DNA of 64,000 bases from Bispira polyomma (lineage: Eukaryota). The notes beneath the pieces are model-generated. The model was not told the origin of the DNA. It saw nothing but the letters and a program-made list of their open reading frames with translations, and made no database searches. Made by a program: the position numbers and the translations under genes. The DNA lies in NCBI GenBank assembly GCA_965649765.1, contig OZ287756.1, positions 61,194,001-61,258,000 of the forward strand. The letters are read 5' to 3'. Of this stretch, positions 1-10,853 are shown piece after piece; the first letter of the stretch is position 1; each line of letters opens with the position of its first letter.

Positions 1-374
1 AAACATTTTGAATAATATTGCCAATGTTTTATGATGTAAAACTAAAACAGCAAATTTGTTTGAATTTTTGGTCAGTTTTATGTATAAGTTATAGTAATTT
101 CTTTAGTTATAAAAGGCTTGACTATTTAACATTACAACTTGTGCAAGGTCCTTTCATGAGGGCGTTATGAGTTTGTCGCTGAATGGTTACTTTTTAAATA
201 AACTGAAGAAAATGCTAGTTCTTAAAACAAAAATTAGTGCTGACACCTTTAGAACAGAATAAGAACTGTGTAAAATGCAGCTATACAGCCTTTCACTGGA
301 AATTAAAGACTAGCAAATTAAAGCAACTCTAGTGAAGTCCTTTTGTTAAGCTTAGAATGAAGGGAGATTAATAC

Positions 375-468
375 CTCCACTAGACCAGCTCATACGTCTT
401 TGTATTTTATCCCATCCACCATGCATGAAGTCATTATGATTCCACTATGCGAATTAGACAAGTCTTCT
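375..468 (+). repeat. Fragment of an interspersed repeat; inverted related copy at about 12328-12425
   Basis: atccaccatgcatgaagtcattatga...gtcttc matches the reverse complement of 12328-12425. Confidence 0.7.
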
Positions 469-1072
469 TTGTGCAAATAGCACCAGTGTCTCTATATAAA
501 GTCATACTGCTCTCATATAATGTTTCATCCAAAATTACTTGAATAAAGCGATTTTACTATTTCCGGCTTGCTGCTTACAGAGTATTTAAGGTAGAAACGA
601 AAATAATGAATAGGGTCGCAACTAAACTTAATAAAAGTAGAACAGAATTATAACTTTCGTGAAGTAAATATTGACAGATATTAAAGGTGACAGAATACTT
701 ATTAATTTAATATGCATTCCGAAAGGTAATTCACCAGGATAAATATCCAGAAGCTATTTGTTTAAGGGCCTTTCTGTACTGTTCGGCCATCTTGGATTTA
801 ACAGGAAATCACCTAGTTCTATATTTTTCAAGATATCTAAAAAAAATAGTTTTCACCTCTTTTCAGTTATTCTGAATGTTAGGCTGTGATAAATGTTTAA
901 GTTGATATATGATTTGACGGGCCAGGCCTTCGCCGGACTTCAGTATAGCACAAAAGTCTATAAGGTAACATATAACAAAATTAATAGTGGTCTAACTCCA
1001 AAGTTTTCTGTGTGAGCAGAAGTGTCTGCTTGATTTCTAGGATATTGCAGCATAGTTTGGTTTCTGGTGGTA

Positions 1073-1097
1073 ACACACACACACACACACACACACA
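1073..1097. repeat. (CA)n microsatellite
   Basis: Direct inspection. Confidence 0.95.
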
Positions 1098-1656
1098 CTC
1101 ACTACCTGAGTGAGAAAGTTATACTAGTAGTAATATTGCTATATGTGTTATTGGTATCTACATCTGGATGTGTAATACTGGCACATCTACATGCGATGAG
1201 AATAGCAACAAAAGTGATAAGTCCGCTAGTACTACTTATACATATGGATCGAAATATTACACCTGTTACAGTGTGGTTTAAAATTTACAAATTCAATGTT
1301 GTAAAAAAGGAAAGAAAGAAAGATAAGAGATTTGGGGTCAATATTGGTCATGTTTATTTCACTGTGTAAAGTCTATAGGAAAATGTATATCGTGTGAACA
1401 TTCTGATAATAAAATCTAAAACCCCTGTTAATGCTGGGAGATAAAAAAAAGTAGTTCACAGGAGAAATTTACTTCATAGCTTCTTATGGTACACACGTGC
1501 AGTATGCTTGGAGATGGAAATAGTTGATAAGTCAAAGTTGCCTACAGTAGTGATGTAATAATAATAATAATAATATTCCATATCCTGTTATTCAGAAGTC
1601 TTTAAAAGGTGCAGAGGGAAATTCAAGGTAAGCGTTTAGCAGATTTAGTATGCCAG

Positions 1657-1918
1657 CGGCCGTATTCACTAACAATTTTTAAGTATTATTCTTAAATTTA
1701 GAAAAAAAAAATTGATTTAAGAATTTTCTTATTCTTAGAATGGAATTGTGTTTACAAGTCAATTTTTAGCTAAGAATTAATTCTTAGAATGAGAAATGTC
1801 TTAGCGAAGAATTGTGAATAGAAATTTAGGCGCACATGTTTTTATGATGATCATGTGATCACTGTTTACAATACTCTCATCTCAAAACAGAGAGAATAAG
1901 ATCTTATAGTGAATACCC
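1657..1918. mobile_element. MITE (PIF/Harbinger-like, gtattcacta termini)
   Basis: Terminal inverted repeats gtattcacta...tagtgaatac; internal ttcttagaa/taagaa motifs shared with 9105-9425 and 14893-15179. Confidence 0.6.
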
Positions 1919-1920
1919 AA

Positions 1921-2044
1921 ATTTTTATTTCATTTCATTCATTTATTTATTTTATTAGAGTGACATGTATCATATCAATATATATAACAATACATAAACA
2001 AAATTTACACAGAATACCCATCCCTTTTTATGGGCTTATATGTC
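1921..2044 (-). mobile_element. Distal 3' UTR and simple-repeat tail of a non-LTR retrotransposon (continues at 8455-9090)
   Basis: (TAAA/TGAA)n-like tail on the minus strand at about 1921-1958; 1961-2044 is homologous to 8506-8588. Confidence 0.7.
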
Positions 2045-2247
2045 TTGATATCACGACCATAAAAGGGTCTGGTGCTTCAGTTGCCCCAGTCTTTTAAATC
2101 TTATAAACTACCTTAACCCCTGGCGACTGAGCTGATTTATTTCGCTTTGTCTATCCAGCCATACATTCAGTCAGTTCTTTGTTTAACTCCCTCCTAAAAT
2201 TCGCCATTAAGCTTTCGACACTGAAGCACACACACAGGAAAATTTGC
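2045..2247 (+). repeat. Split direct repeat A1 (5' terminal)
   Basis: Near-identical to 7369-7586 (gatatcacgaccata...cacacacaggaaaa); A1 lacks about 14 nt (gacaatgcatttt) present in A2. Confidence 0.95.
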
Positions 2248-2363
2248 AAATAGGAAATCCAAGTTGTTCTTCGTTATTTTATGGACTTTTTACTTTTATT
2301 AATGTTTTATCCTGTTTTAGTGAAGTAACATTGTAGTATTTTATCTGGATAATTATTAAAAGA

Positions 2364-3601
2364 ATGGGAAAACCTAAGAAGACGCCTTCTGATGAGGCTC
2401 GGGTCAAAACTATAACATCTAAGAAAAGCAGCGTTCGTGTAAAAACATCAAAGAAGAAGATCACTCAGGGACAGGTAAACGACAGTATACTCAATATTCT
2501 TCATTTGCCGCTATATCCAGAGAATGCTATCCAGTACGCGTCTCCACAACTCGGCCAACAAGTGCCCACGGTCACGGCTAATCATACTCATCCTCTCACA
2601 GCTCATGGAGCTGCCCCGTCTTCGACACAAGCCAAAACTAATGTGATGCCAGCTATGAAGGCTATGTTTGAGAGACTGGAAAAATCCAACAGGGTCATTA
2701 ACCAGAGATTGGACAGGATGGAAGCACGCGAAACGTCCCATTCGACTCCCGTTGTGTCATCCAGTCAAGATATTTACAAAAACAGGCCAGCTACAACGGC
2801 TCCATACATACCTCTAGCTGCTGCTCCAGCACCCATATTACAGACACAAGAGCGTTCGTTCCAACATGTGGACTACTCTAAGGAAGCCATTGTCCTCAAG
2901 AGGTAGACGTTTTGAAATCTATCCCTAAAGGCCCGGCAATTGTCAACCAAAGGCTGGCTGAGTACGAGACCCAGGCGCAACGTACTCTCTCACAAGGTAA
3001 GCCAGTCAGACAAAAATCAGGGCATTTCAATAGTACCGACATACCGACTGCTGATCCAAAACTCAGATGGCCCAACGAAGGCTGGGTGGGCGGGACAGCT
3101 CGTAAGCGTCCCACGTTTGATGAATTATCACTCCCACAATGGGCAGCTGGTCAGCTGTCCAATGCCATGCAGGTCAACGACTCGGAAACATCACAGGAAA
3201 TGGTCCAACAAGTCATTCTCTCATTAAAGGATGCCGCTTCTTTCTCATGGGATGTAGTAAGAACGTCATGGTTGTATAACATGCATGAAGTCGAAGAAGG
3301 CAGGCTGCAGTGGGGCGACAAAACGCAGTGGGCCCTCAACCGGATGAACGCTGCGCAGATGGCCATGGCCAATCCAGCCCATTCACACAACTCCCACGGC
3401 TCATACAAACCACAATCGGCCAGAAACATTTGCAAGCTCTTCAATGCTGGTAAATGCACCAACAAGTCGAACCACGGCCAATACCGACACATATGTTGGC
3501 ACTGCTCCACTGTTCTGCACAAGGAATCGCTCCACCCAGAATTCAAGTGTTATAGGGCTAACTCTTCCAAACAACAAGAAAGTAAAACAACCAGTAACTA
3601 G
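2364..3601 (+). pseudogene. gag-like ORF of the YR retrotransposon (frameshift near 2900)
   Basis: ORFs 2364-2906 and 2912-3601; Lys-rich N-terminus; C-terminal Cys/His fingers (CKLFNAGKC..NH, HICWHC..HPEFKC); clearly homologous to 42560-44726. Confidence 0.85.
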
Positions 3602-4536
3602 GCCAATAACCAACAACCAGGTGAAGGAACATTGGAAAGGAATTGTAAGATTTTGAATGTTTCAAGTGATGATAGTAATAGTGACATTAACAATATAGTA
3701 GCTTTAGATTTTACCAGTAATGATAACAACAGTAATACAAAGAGACCAAAACTTAATGGCAGTACAGCCACTAGAAATGACTTAAATATGATGAAATTAG
3801 AAAGTAAATGTGTTAACAAGATGTGGGTTGGCCATAAGTCTACCAATTTTTAGCTGGACAAGAAACCCAGCACCAAGTGTGACTACAGTATATTTAATTA
3901 AATTGTATGATAATAATGTAACTATGTCTTACAAAGTAAGGCAACAAAATATGTCAATGCAGATTCAGCTTATATCACTAATACGTGTGATGTGACAATT
4001 CAGGTGACAAATTGGTCATATTGTTTTGCAGATTCTTTAGAAATGTTGCCTGTGATTTCATATTAGATCCATGAATGGGGAAATTACCGGTTTCTTCATA
4101 CAAAAATCAAACGCCACTGGTCAAACTTATGACTATTTAAAATGTGATTTCTTACCTGAGGACCCTATTTGGATTACACAAACTATACAAACTTATGTAT
4201 ATGTTACACACATTTATGGTAACTTGGAATCTGCTAGTTCTACTATTGAGATAGTTACTGTTGGTGACATGTCACCAAAGGAAATGTTGGCAGATCAGCA
4301 AAAAGACATTCTGTCACTTAACAATTATGGGTGTAATTACAGTGATTACATCACAGATATAATTAATCAAATGCTGGGTGACAATGATGATAGTCACTTA
4401 GAATCCACTGATCAGTTAGTAAATAATACAAATGTAGCAAGTGTGGATAGCACACAGGGTAATGTCTTGACACTACTTACCGACTGCTCGGAACACGGTT
4501 CACCATCCTAGAAACAAGAATGTCACTGACATTAAC

Positions 4537-6222
4537 TTGCCTGATAAAAACAATGGTTTCTTGGTGCTGTCTGACACCAATTTTACTTTTACAGGCCCAG
4601 ACAGGGCCCCTGTTTTAATTTCATCTTTTGATCAAATGGTCACAATTGCAACCATTATTAGGGATTCAGGGTGCCCCAATTATAGAGGAGCACGTATTCA
4701 ACTAAAATCTGGCTTAAACATTGATCAATGGGAAAAAATTTTAATGGATCACCCAGATAAATTATTACTCCAGTACTTGAAATTTGGCTTCCCTCTGTCT
4801 TTGGATGACCCTACTTCATTAAATACAGGGAAGGCTACCAATCATCATTCAGCATTACAATTCAAAGGCGCAATTAGTCAATACCTTGAGAAAGAAAAAG
4901 CCAATGGTGCCATGTTGGGCCCAGTTAAGGAAGTACATAGCGAGTTATACCACTGTTTGCCCCTCCTCACTCGACCAAAGGACTTAAACAAACGTCGGGT
5001 TATACTCAACTTGTCATACCCACAGGGAAAATCGGTTAACGATAATGTCAACAAACAACTATTCGACAATATTCAGTTTGTACTTAAGTTTCCCACTATT
5101 GATGACATAGTCGACAAAATTCGTCAAACCAAAGATGCTAGGATATTTAAGTTGGACGTTTCCTGGGCGTTTCGAAATTTGCGGGTTGATCCCATTGACG
5201 TACTCAAACTAGGCATATGTTTTGAAGGTGGAAAGTACGTGGATCCTGCGGTTGCGTTCCAGCGTTCCAGCGATGCTCTGACATGATAGCTTATGCCATG
5301 GAAAAATTAAACCACCAAATATTCTGTTATATCGACGATTACGTCGGTATATCAACTAGTGATACAGCTGAGCAAGCGTTTCAAGATTTATATCAATTAG
5401 TCGATTCTTTAGGCCTCCCTATCAATTGAGACAAGCTCTCAACTCCTGATACCAGGGAAACTTGCTTGGGCATAGACATAGATATTGCTGAGGGCACTAT
5501 TAGTATAACCCAAGACAAAATCGAGGACACTCACCAGTTATGTGTGGAAATTGTTAAGAAGCAATGGATATCTAGGGCCAAATTTCAGTCCTTATTAGGC
5601 AAACTTCTATATGTCCATAAGTGCGTCAAACCTGCTAGGGTCTTCATAAACAGACTCCTCATGGCCTTTCGAGGTAACTCACAGGCGAAACAATTTAAGA
5701 TTACAGAGGCCATGAAGGCTGACATTGCATGGTTTGTCGTTTTCCTTAAGCAATACAATGGAATTACATACATTGAGAAGTTTGACCTTGAAACTAACAT
5801 TATATACATTGATGCATGTTTAACAGGTGTAGGAGGCATCTTCAACAACCAGGTCTACGCCTCTCCCCTTTACAATGTATATGATCGCCAACTTTCCATT
5901 GTACACATCGAGATGCTCAATATTTTAATAGCACTTAAACTCTGGAGCGAACAGTGGGTGCATAGTACGATTAGAATATACTGCAACAACATAGCTGTGG
6001 TACTAGTCGTTGGTTCAAACAAGACTAAGGATGATTTCAGCACAATATGACATTGACTTACAGATTGACCATATTAAGGGTGAGAAGAACTGTATAGCAG
6101 ACGCACTGTCCAGAATATACTCTGGCCATTATTCAGATAAGGAAAGAAACATACTGTTAAAACAAGAGTTTGTGTGGCATCCTATCCAACTTCACTTTTT
6201 TAACTTTAACATTATTATGTAA
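4537..6222 (+). pseudogene. Reverse transcriptase / RNase H (pol) of the YR retrotransposon, disrupted
   Basis: LKFGFPL, RRVILNLS, KLDVSWAFRNL, YIDD at 5328-5339; RNase H motifs IYIDACLTGVGG, HIEMLN, HIKGEKNCIADALSR; split over ORFs 4537-5286, 5466-6050 and 6010-6222. Confidence 0.93.
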
Positions 6223-6243
6223 TTTCAGGCCACACAAGCATTC

Positions 6244-7181
6244 ATGGATTCAGCCTGGAGTAGACTGAAAACTGCTCTAAGACCAAAAACTCTGGCAGCT
6301 TACAACAATCAGTTTAAGACTTTTCTTGCCTTCAATGTGTTTGCTGGCACTCAGATTATAACCACACACGTGGTCATAACTTTCCTAGAATACTTAGTAC
6401 AAAATGGGACTTCCACAGGGGCCATTAACAACTACTTAGCAACCATTAAGTTTATGGCAAGAAAATATTCCTGGAACATTTTTGAAAATAACACTGTGGC
6501 TATGTTCTTAAGAAGTTTGACCCACAATTCCCTTTTCAAACCCCAACCAAAAGGAATATTTGAAATACACCATCTAGCACTCATCTCCAGACCTTGCAAC
6601 ACACTTACTGATCCTATATTATATAGGGCAATTTTTCTCCTTTCTTTCTTTGGTTTTCTTAGAATTTCAAACATCGCCCCCCATTCTAAAGCCCAGTGTG
6701 ACAACACACGTCAGTTGTTAAGGAAAGATGTCATTTTAGGTCCACCAGGAGCCCATGTGATACTGAAATGGGCTAAAAACTTACAAACCAGGGGGGAAGT
6801 ACACATAATTCAAATCCCTTTATTAGACAAAAACCTCTGCCCAGTTAAGGCCTTACAGCAGCTTCTTACCTCCAGGTCACTCCCAGATACCCACTGTTTG
6901 TTGGCTGCACACCTCCATATGAACCAATAATCGACACACACATACGTTCTGCCCTGGCATCTGTTCTGACATTTGCTGGGATTCCTCAAAAATATCACAC
7001 TTTCCACACATTTAGACGTTCAGGGGCTTCATATGCATTCAATAACAATGTATCTTTACAAAATATAATGTCACACGGACTGTGGAGGTCTTCAGCTGTC
7101 TGGACATACCTTAAGAAAACTTCACAAGCAGCCTCCACAGTTTCCCTCACTTTTGCCTCCTTCATACCTAAATTTTTATAG
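6244..7181 (+). pseudogene. Tyrosine recombinase of the YR retrotransposon (frameshift near 6895)
   Basis: FFGFLRISN (catalytic R), LKWAKNLQ, LCPV; after the frameshift the sequence reads FHTFRRSGAS (HxxR), HGLWRSSAVWTY (catalytic Y), stop at 7179-7181. Confidence 0.93.
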
Positions 7182-7188
7182 TTTGGCT

Positions 7189-7368
7189 TGGGTCTTTTAA
7201 AAATTTATTTTACAACTTTTAACTCTACTTTTAACCCCCTTTACTTGTAAATAAGATTCTAACATGTACAGAAATAAATATCTCAAACTAGAAGTATTAT
7301 ATACTTTCCCCTGAACACACCACTTCATATACTTGAACTTCACCTATCTTACCAACTTGGGCAAACTG
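7189..7368 (+). repeat. Split direct repeat B1 (internal)
   Basis: Near-identical to 8276-8454; directly abuts A2 (gggcaaactg|tagatatc). Confidence 0.95.
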
Positions 7369-7586
7369 TAGATATCACGACCATAAAGGGGTCTGGTGCT
7401 TCAGTTGCCCCAGTCTTTTAAATCTTATAAACTACCTTAACCCCTGGCGACTGAGCTGACTTATTTCGCTCTGTCTATCCAGCCATACATTCAGTCAGTT
7501 CTTTGTTTAACTCGACAATGCATTTTCCCTCCTAAAATTCGCCATTAACCTTTTCGACACTGAAGCACACACACAGGAAAACTTGC
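7369..7586 (+). repeat. Split direct repeat A2 (internal)
   Basis: Copy of 2045-2247 with a few substitutions and indels. Confidence 0.95.
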
Positions 7587-8275
7587 CCACCACCTCCTCT
7601 TACCACAGCAAAATTAAGGGTCACTTCAACTTACTCATGGTTCGAACTGGTTGTAGTCCGCCCACTGGGCCGTGTGGGGGGTGGATACAGTCTACTTTAA
7701 CCCACCCCTGAGCATCACGTTTAGGGAGCCAGGGTGGAATATGGGCTCTGAGATGCTGGATCTCCCCTTGCCAGGCGGTAGGTGTCCAAGGCCCACGGGG
7801 CCGACTCCAATCAAAACAAACCAAGAGCTAAACTAGTTAAATATATTACGTTTTGAACTCGCCTATAGGGTAGAGAATTGAATTTCGGCTAGTCCGGTTC
7901 ACCTTCACCACTTGTACATACAGTGGATTGTATATGACATACTAATAGCAACTCAGTAACGCAAACGCGGATACTGTTTCTACTTGTCTGTGGCCCAGCC
8001 ACATATAAGACTGTCTTCTTGCGGTATTATCATTATGGTCGCTTAGAAATTTGTGTAGAAAGCACCATCATGGTATTACAGTATTGTAACATTATATTTA
8101 CTGTCTTGATACAGGTTACTGTATGGGTGCACTACTACAAAGACACCCAATAGTTTACATAATTATTCTTTTTAACTGCAGTTTTATTTAACTGTTGTGT
8201 TGTGTAATTGCTTAGCTCATGTATTAGTGCATTATGATATAGGCACTGTTATGAATGTTATGTTATTAATTGTGA

Positions 8276-8454
8276 TGGGTCTTTTAAAAAAAATTTTACA
8301 ACTTTTAACTCTACTTTTAACCCCCTTTACTTGTAAATAAGATTCTAACATGTACAAAAATAAATATCTCAAACTAGAAGTGTTGTATACTTTCTACTGA
8401 ACACACCACTTCATATACTTGACCTTCACCTATCTTACCAACTTGGGCAAACTG
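8276..8454 (+). repeat. Split direct repeat B2 (3' terminal)
   Basis: Copy of 7189-7368, ending gggcaaactg. Confidence 0.95.
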
Positions 8455-9090
8455 ACTATAAAATACATCAAGCATTAAATATTGGCCAGAGTTGACATAG
8501 GTAAATGACATGTATCACATCAATATATGTAACAATACATAAACAAATTTACACAAGATAACCAGCCCCTTTTATGGGCTTATATGTCACTATGAAATAC
8601 ATAAAGCATTCAATATTGACTAGAGTTATTCCAAATCAGTTCAATATACAAAGCAACTTGCTTAGATCATCAGATGAATTAAAAAAATCAATATTACAGT
8701 TCTGATAATTTTCAAAGAAAGTGTTACGTCCTATTTCATAAAATTCACACTGACACAAAAACTGTATTTCATTTTCAATTTGATGTTCATTACATACTAA
8801 ACAATATCTATCATTAACAGGGATATGGTAAAATGGACCCACTTCAATAGCTAAAGGTAAAATTCCAAAGCGCAGTTGCGACACAAGTGATCGCTGTGAC
8901 CTAGTGAGAGACAATTTCAAATAATTTTCAGTTTCTATATCTTGTTTAAATTTAACAAAACTTCTAAGTTTTGGTTTTGATGGTATTTTTCGACTCCAAT
9001 CATAATGCATAAGATCATACAATCGGTCTTTTGCCTCTTTCAGATTAAAACACTGTCCCTTAAAGATGATATTTTAAAGTGATAGAATTT
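8455..9090 (-). mobile_element. 5'-truncated non-LTR retrotransposon (ORF2 C-terminus plus 3' UTR with a tandem duplication of about 125-135 bp)
   Basis: ORF 8636-9022: PKLRSFVKFK...LRFGILPLAIEVG...RYCLVC...ENEIQFLCQC, resembling the C-terminal Cys-rich region of LINE ORF2; clade not assigned. Confidence 0.8.
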
Positions 9091-9104
9091 CTGCAACTGC
9101 AAAG

Positions 9105-9425
9105 ACTTTATTCTTAATTTTTTTTTTCTTAAAAATCCAAGAATTACAGAAATTTTAACAGTACAAATGTTAGGAAAACCTATATCGCTCATGAAATTAA
9201 TATTGGTTAATGAAATACATAAAAATATGATGTATTTGGTTAGGTCTTAACCATTCTTAGAATTAAAGATCATTCTTAGAAGATTTTCTGATAAAAATTT
9301 TTAAGCATAAGAAAAAAAAAATTGAGAATAAAAATTTAGTGAATGTCAATATTCTTATTCTTAGAAATCCTGGGTTTCTTAAGAAAAATTCAAAGTATAA
9401 GAATAAAAATATTAGTGAGTACACA
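9105..9425. mobile_element. Degenerate MITE of the same family as 1657-1918 and 14893-15179
   Basis: Shared ttcttattcttagaa motifs and a terminus resembling ttagtgaatac. Confidence 0.5.
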
Positions 9426-10058
9426 GTTTCATTTGATACTATAAGACGGGGAAATAACAATCACTATTATATGGGACTTTACCAGACATCATGCCCTGGT
9501 GTCATATATTTCTGTGTATAACAGAATAGATATATAGATTTCACAATTAAAAACATTTGTTACCTTAGACCAGGCTTTTTTTACCACCGATTTAATGGCA
9601 ATTGGTATACGGTATACTCATGGCCGCATAAGTACTTTAATATGCAAAGCACTTGTAATTCAAGTATATAAACAGCATTTTCTAGTTATTTGGGATAAAA
9701 AGTCACACTTTCTTAAATATTTGACCCTTGATATAAAGCAATTGTGATTTACACCTAATATCTACCATTGTAACGAATACAATTAGGTCATCAACCTCCA
9801 AGGTCATCACATATGACAAATTAGTATGTGTGAGTGTTGTTGTAATCTTGGTAACCAACAAATCAAAGATACATTCGTGAAAACATCAGCTCTTTTTTGG
9901 AGGTAGAGCTAGATCAATCCATCCAGTACGTTACATAAACAATTTATTGGTTTCTATTATCTGCTTCATTTACCCATCTGTCTTCTTTTTTTGGTGAAAA
10001 ATGTTTCAGCTTCCAAAATAATTTTCCAGTGATAGATATTTTGAATTATTATCCACTG

Positions 10059-10075
10059 TGACGTCAGTATGACGT
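10059..10075 (+). promoter_or_regulatory. CRE palindrome (TGACGTCA) with an adjacent half-site, upstream of the ASB gene
   Basis: TGACGTCA at 10059-10066 and TGACGT at 10070-10075, about 640 bp upstream of the ATG; function not shown. Confidence 0.35.
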
Positions 10076-10703
10076 GTTGTTCGTGACTGACACAAGCCGG
10101 GTGATACAATGAGCCGGTGAATGTGTGTGTAAAAACTGTAGTATTTATCAGAGTTATAGTCTCGATTTTACGCAATATTTCTGACAGAAATTTGTTAAAA
10201 ATTGTAACTAACATACAATATGGACCTAAAAAAACATAATGGTATCGTAAACTCGATTTTTAGTGCCCTAAAAGTATGGACATGTTTAAAGCTTATTCTT
10301 TAAGGTGACAAGTCAGTACCTTTTTTTGTTTTGTATTATATAGTTTGCTGTTAATTTTCAACATTTTGGGGTTCTTTCCTACTGTTTTATGTTATATTTT
10401 GACCTATATAAGCCTAATAATACTCTTACAAGTGGAAACTAAAATAAAAACCTTCCTTGTAGGATATAGTAAAAAATATATATGACTTAAGAAGATAAAA
10501 CATGCAATACTCACCCTACCGGTCTTGTATTGTACTGTTTATCTTCTTTTGTCATATTTATTTTTTAATATACACCACTCGGGTATTTTTACTATTATAT
10601 AACTTTTTAAAACAATACACAGACACTCAGTATGGTGCATTACCTACGTCAAATTATGAGAAGACATTTGACACAATACTAAATACAATTACACAGGCGT
10701 TCA

Positions 10704-10853
10704 ATGAGCAGAACACGTGACGATGACGAAGTTGATCATGTGACCTATTCGGAAGAGAAGATAATCCGTATGTTGGCTGATGTCATCAGGTTCCACCACC
10801 CTGTGAGAGACGCCAATGTCTGTGTGAGGGCAGGGGTCAATGTGAATGCTAAG
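10704..10853 (+). CDS. Ankyrin repeat and SOCS box protein, coding exon 1
   Basis: ATG at 10704; ends ...GVNVNAK at the donor AAG|GTCAGT (phase 0); joins exon 2 to complete an ankyrin repeat (NVNAK-VSKGLRPLHYAA). Confidence 0.75.

Larger units (their letters stand above)
2045..8454 (+). mobile_element. Full-length tyrosine-recombinase retrotransposon (DIRS order, Ngaro-like, split direct repeats), inactivated by frameshifts and stops
   Basis: ORF order gag - RT/RNase H - tyrosine recombinase; repeats arranged A1 (2045-2247) ... B1 (7189-7368) A2 (7369-7586) ... B2 (8276-8454); no methyltransferase domain seen after RNase H; no clear TSD. Confidence 0.93.

Noticed and set aside
1067-1369. 100-aa ORF starting VTHTHTH
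   Set aside because: Translation of a (CA)n microsatellite and AT-rich DNA; no domain. The same applies to the (TA)n ORFs at 15497-15829 and 56664-56894.
2385-2415. CTGATGAG hammerhead-like core (also near 11340, 25636 and on the minus strand near 55719)
   Set aside because: No correctly placed GAAA or flanking stems could be formed by eye; the first site lies in gag coding sequence.
2996-6229. Splice from gag donor D2 (2996) directly to the YR acceptor (6228)
   Set aside because: Phase 1 donor against phase 0 acceptor gives an out-of-frame product in this copy; only the D1-YR and D2-pol pairings are in frame.
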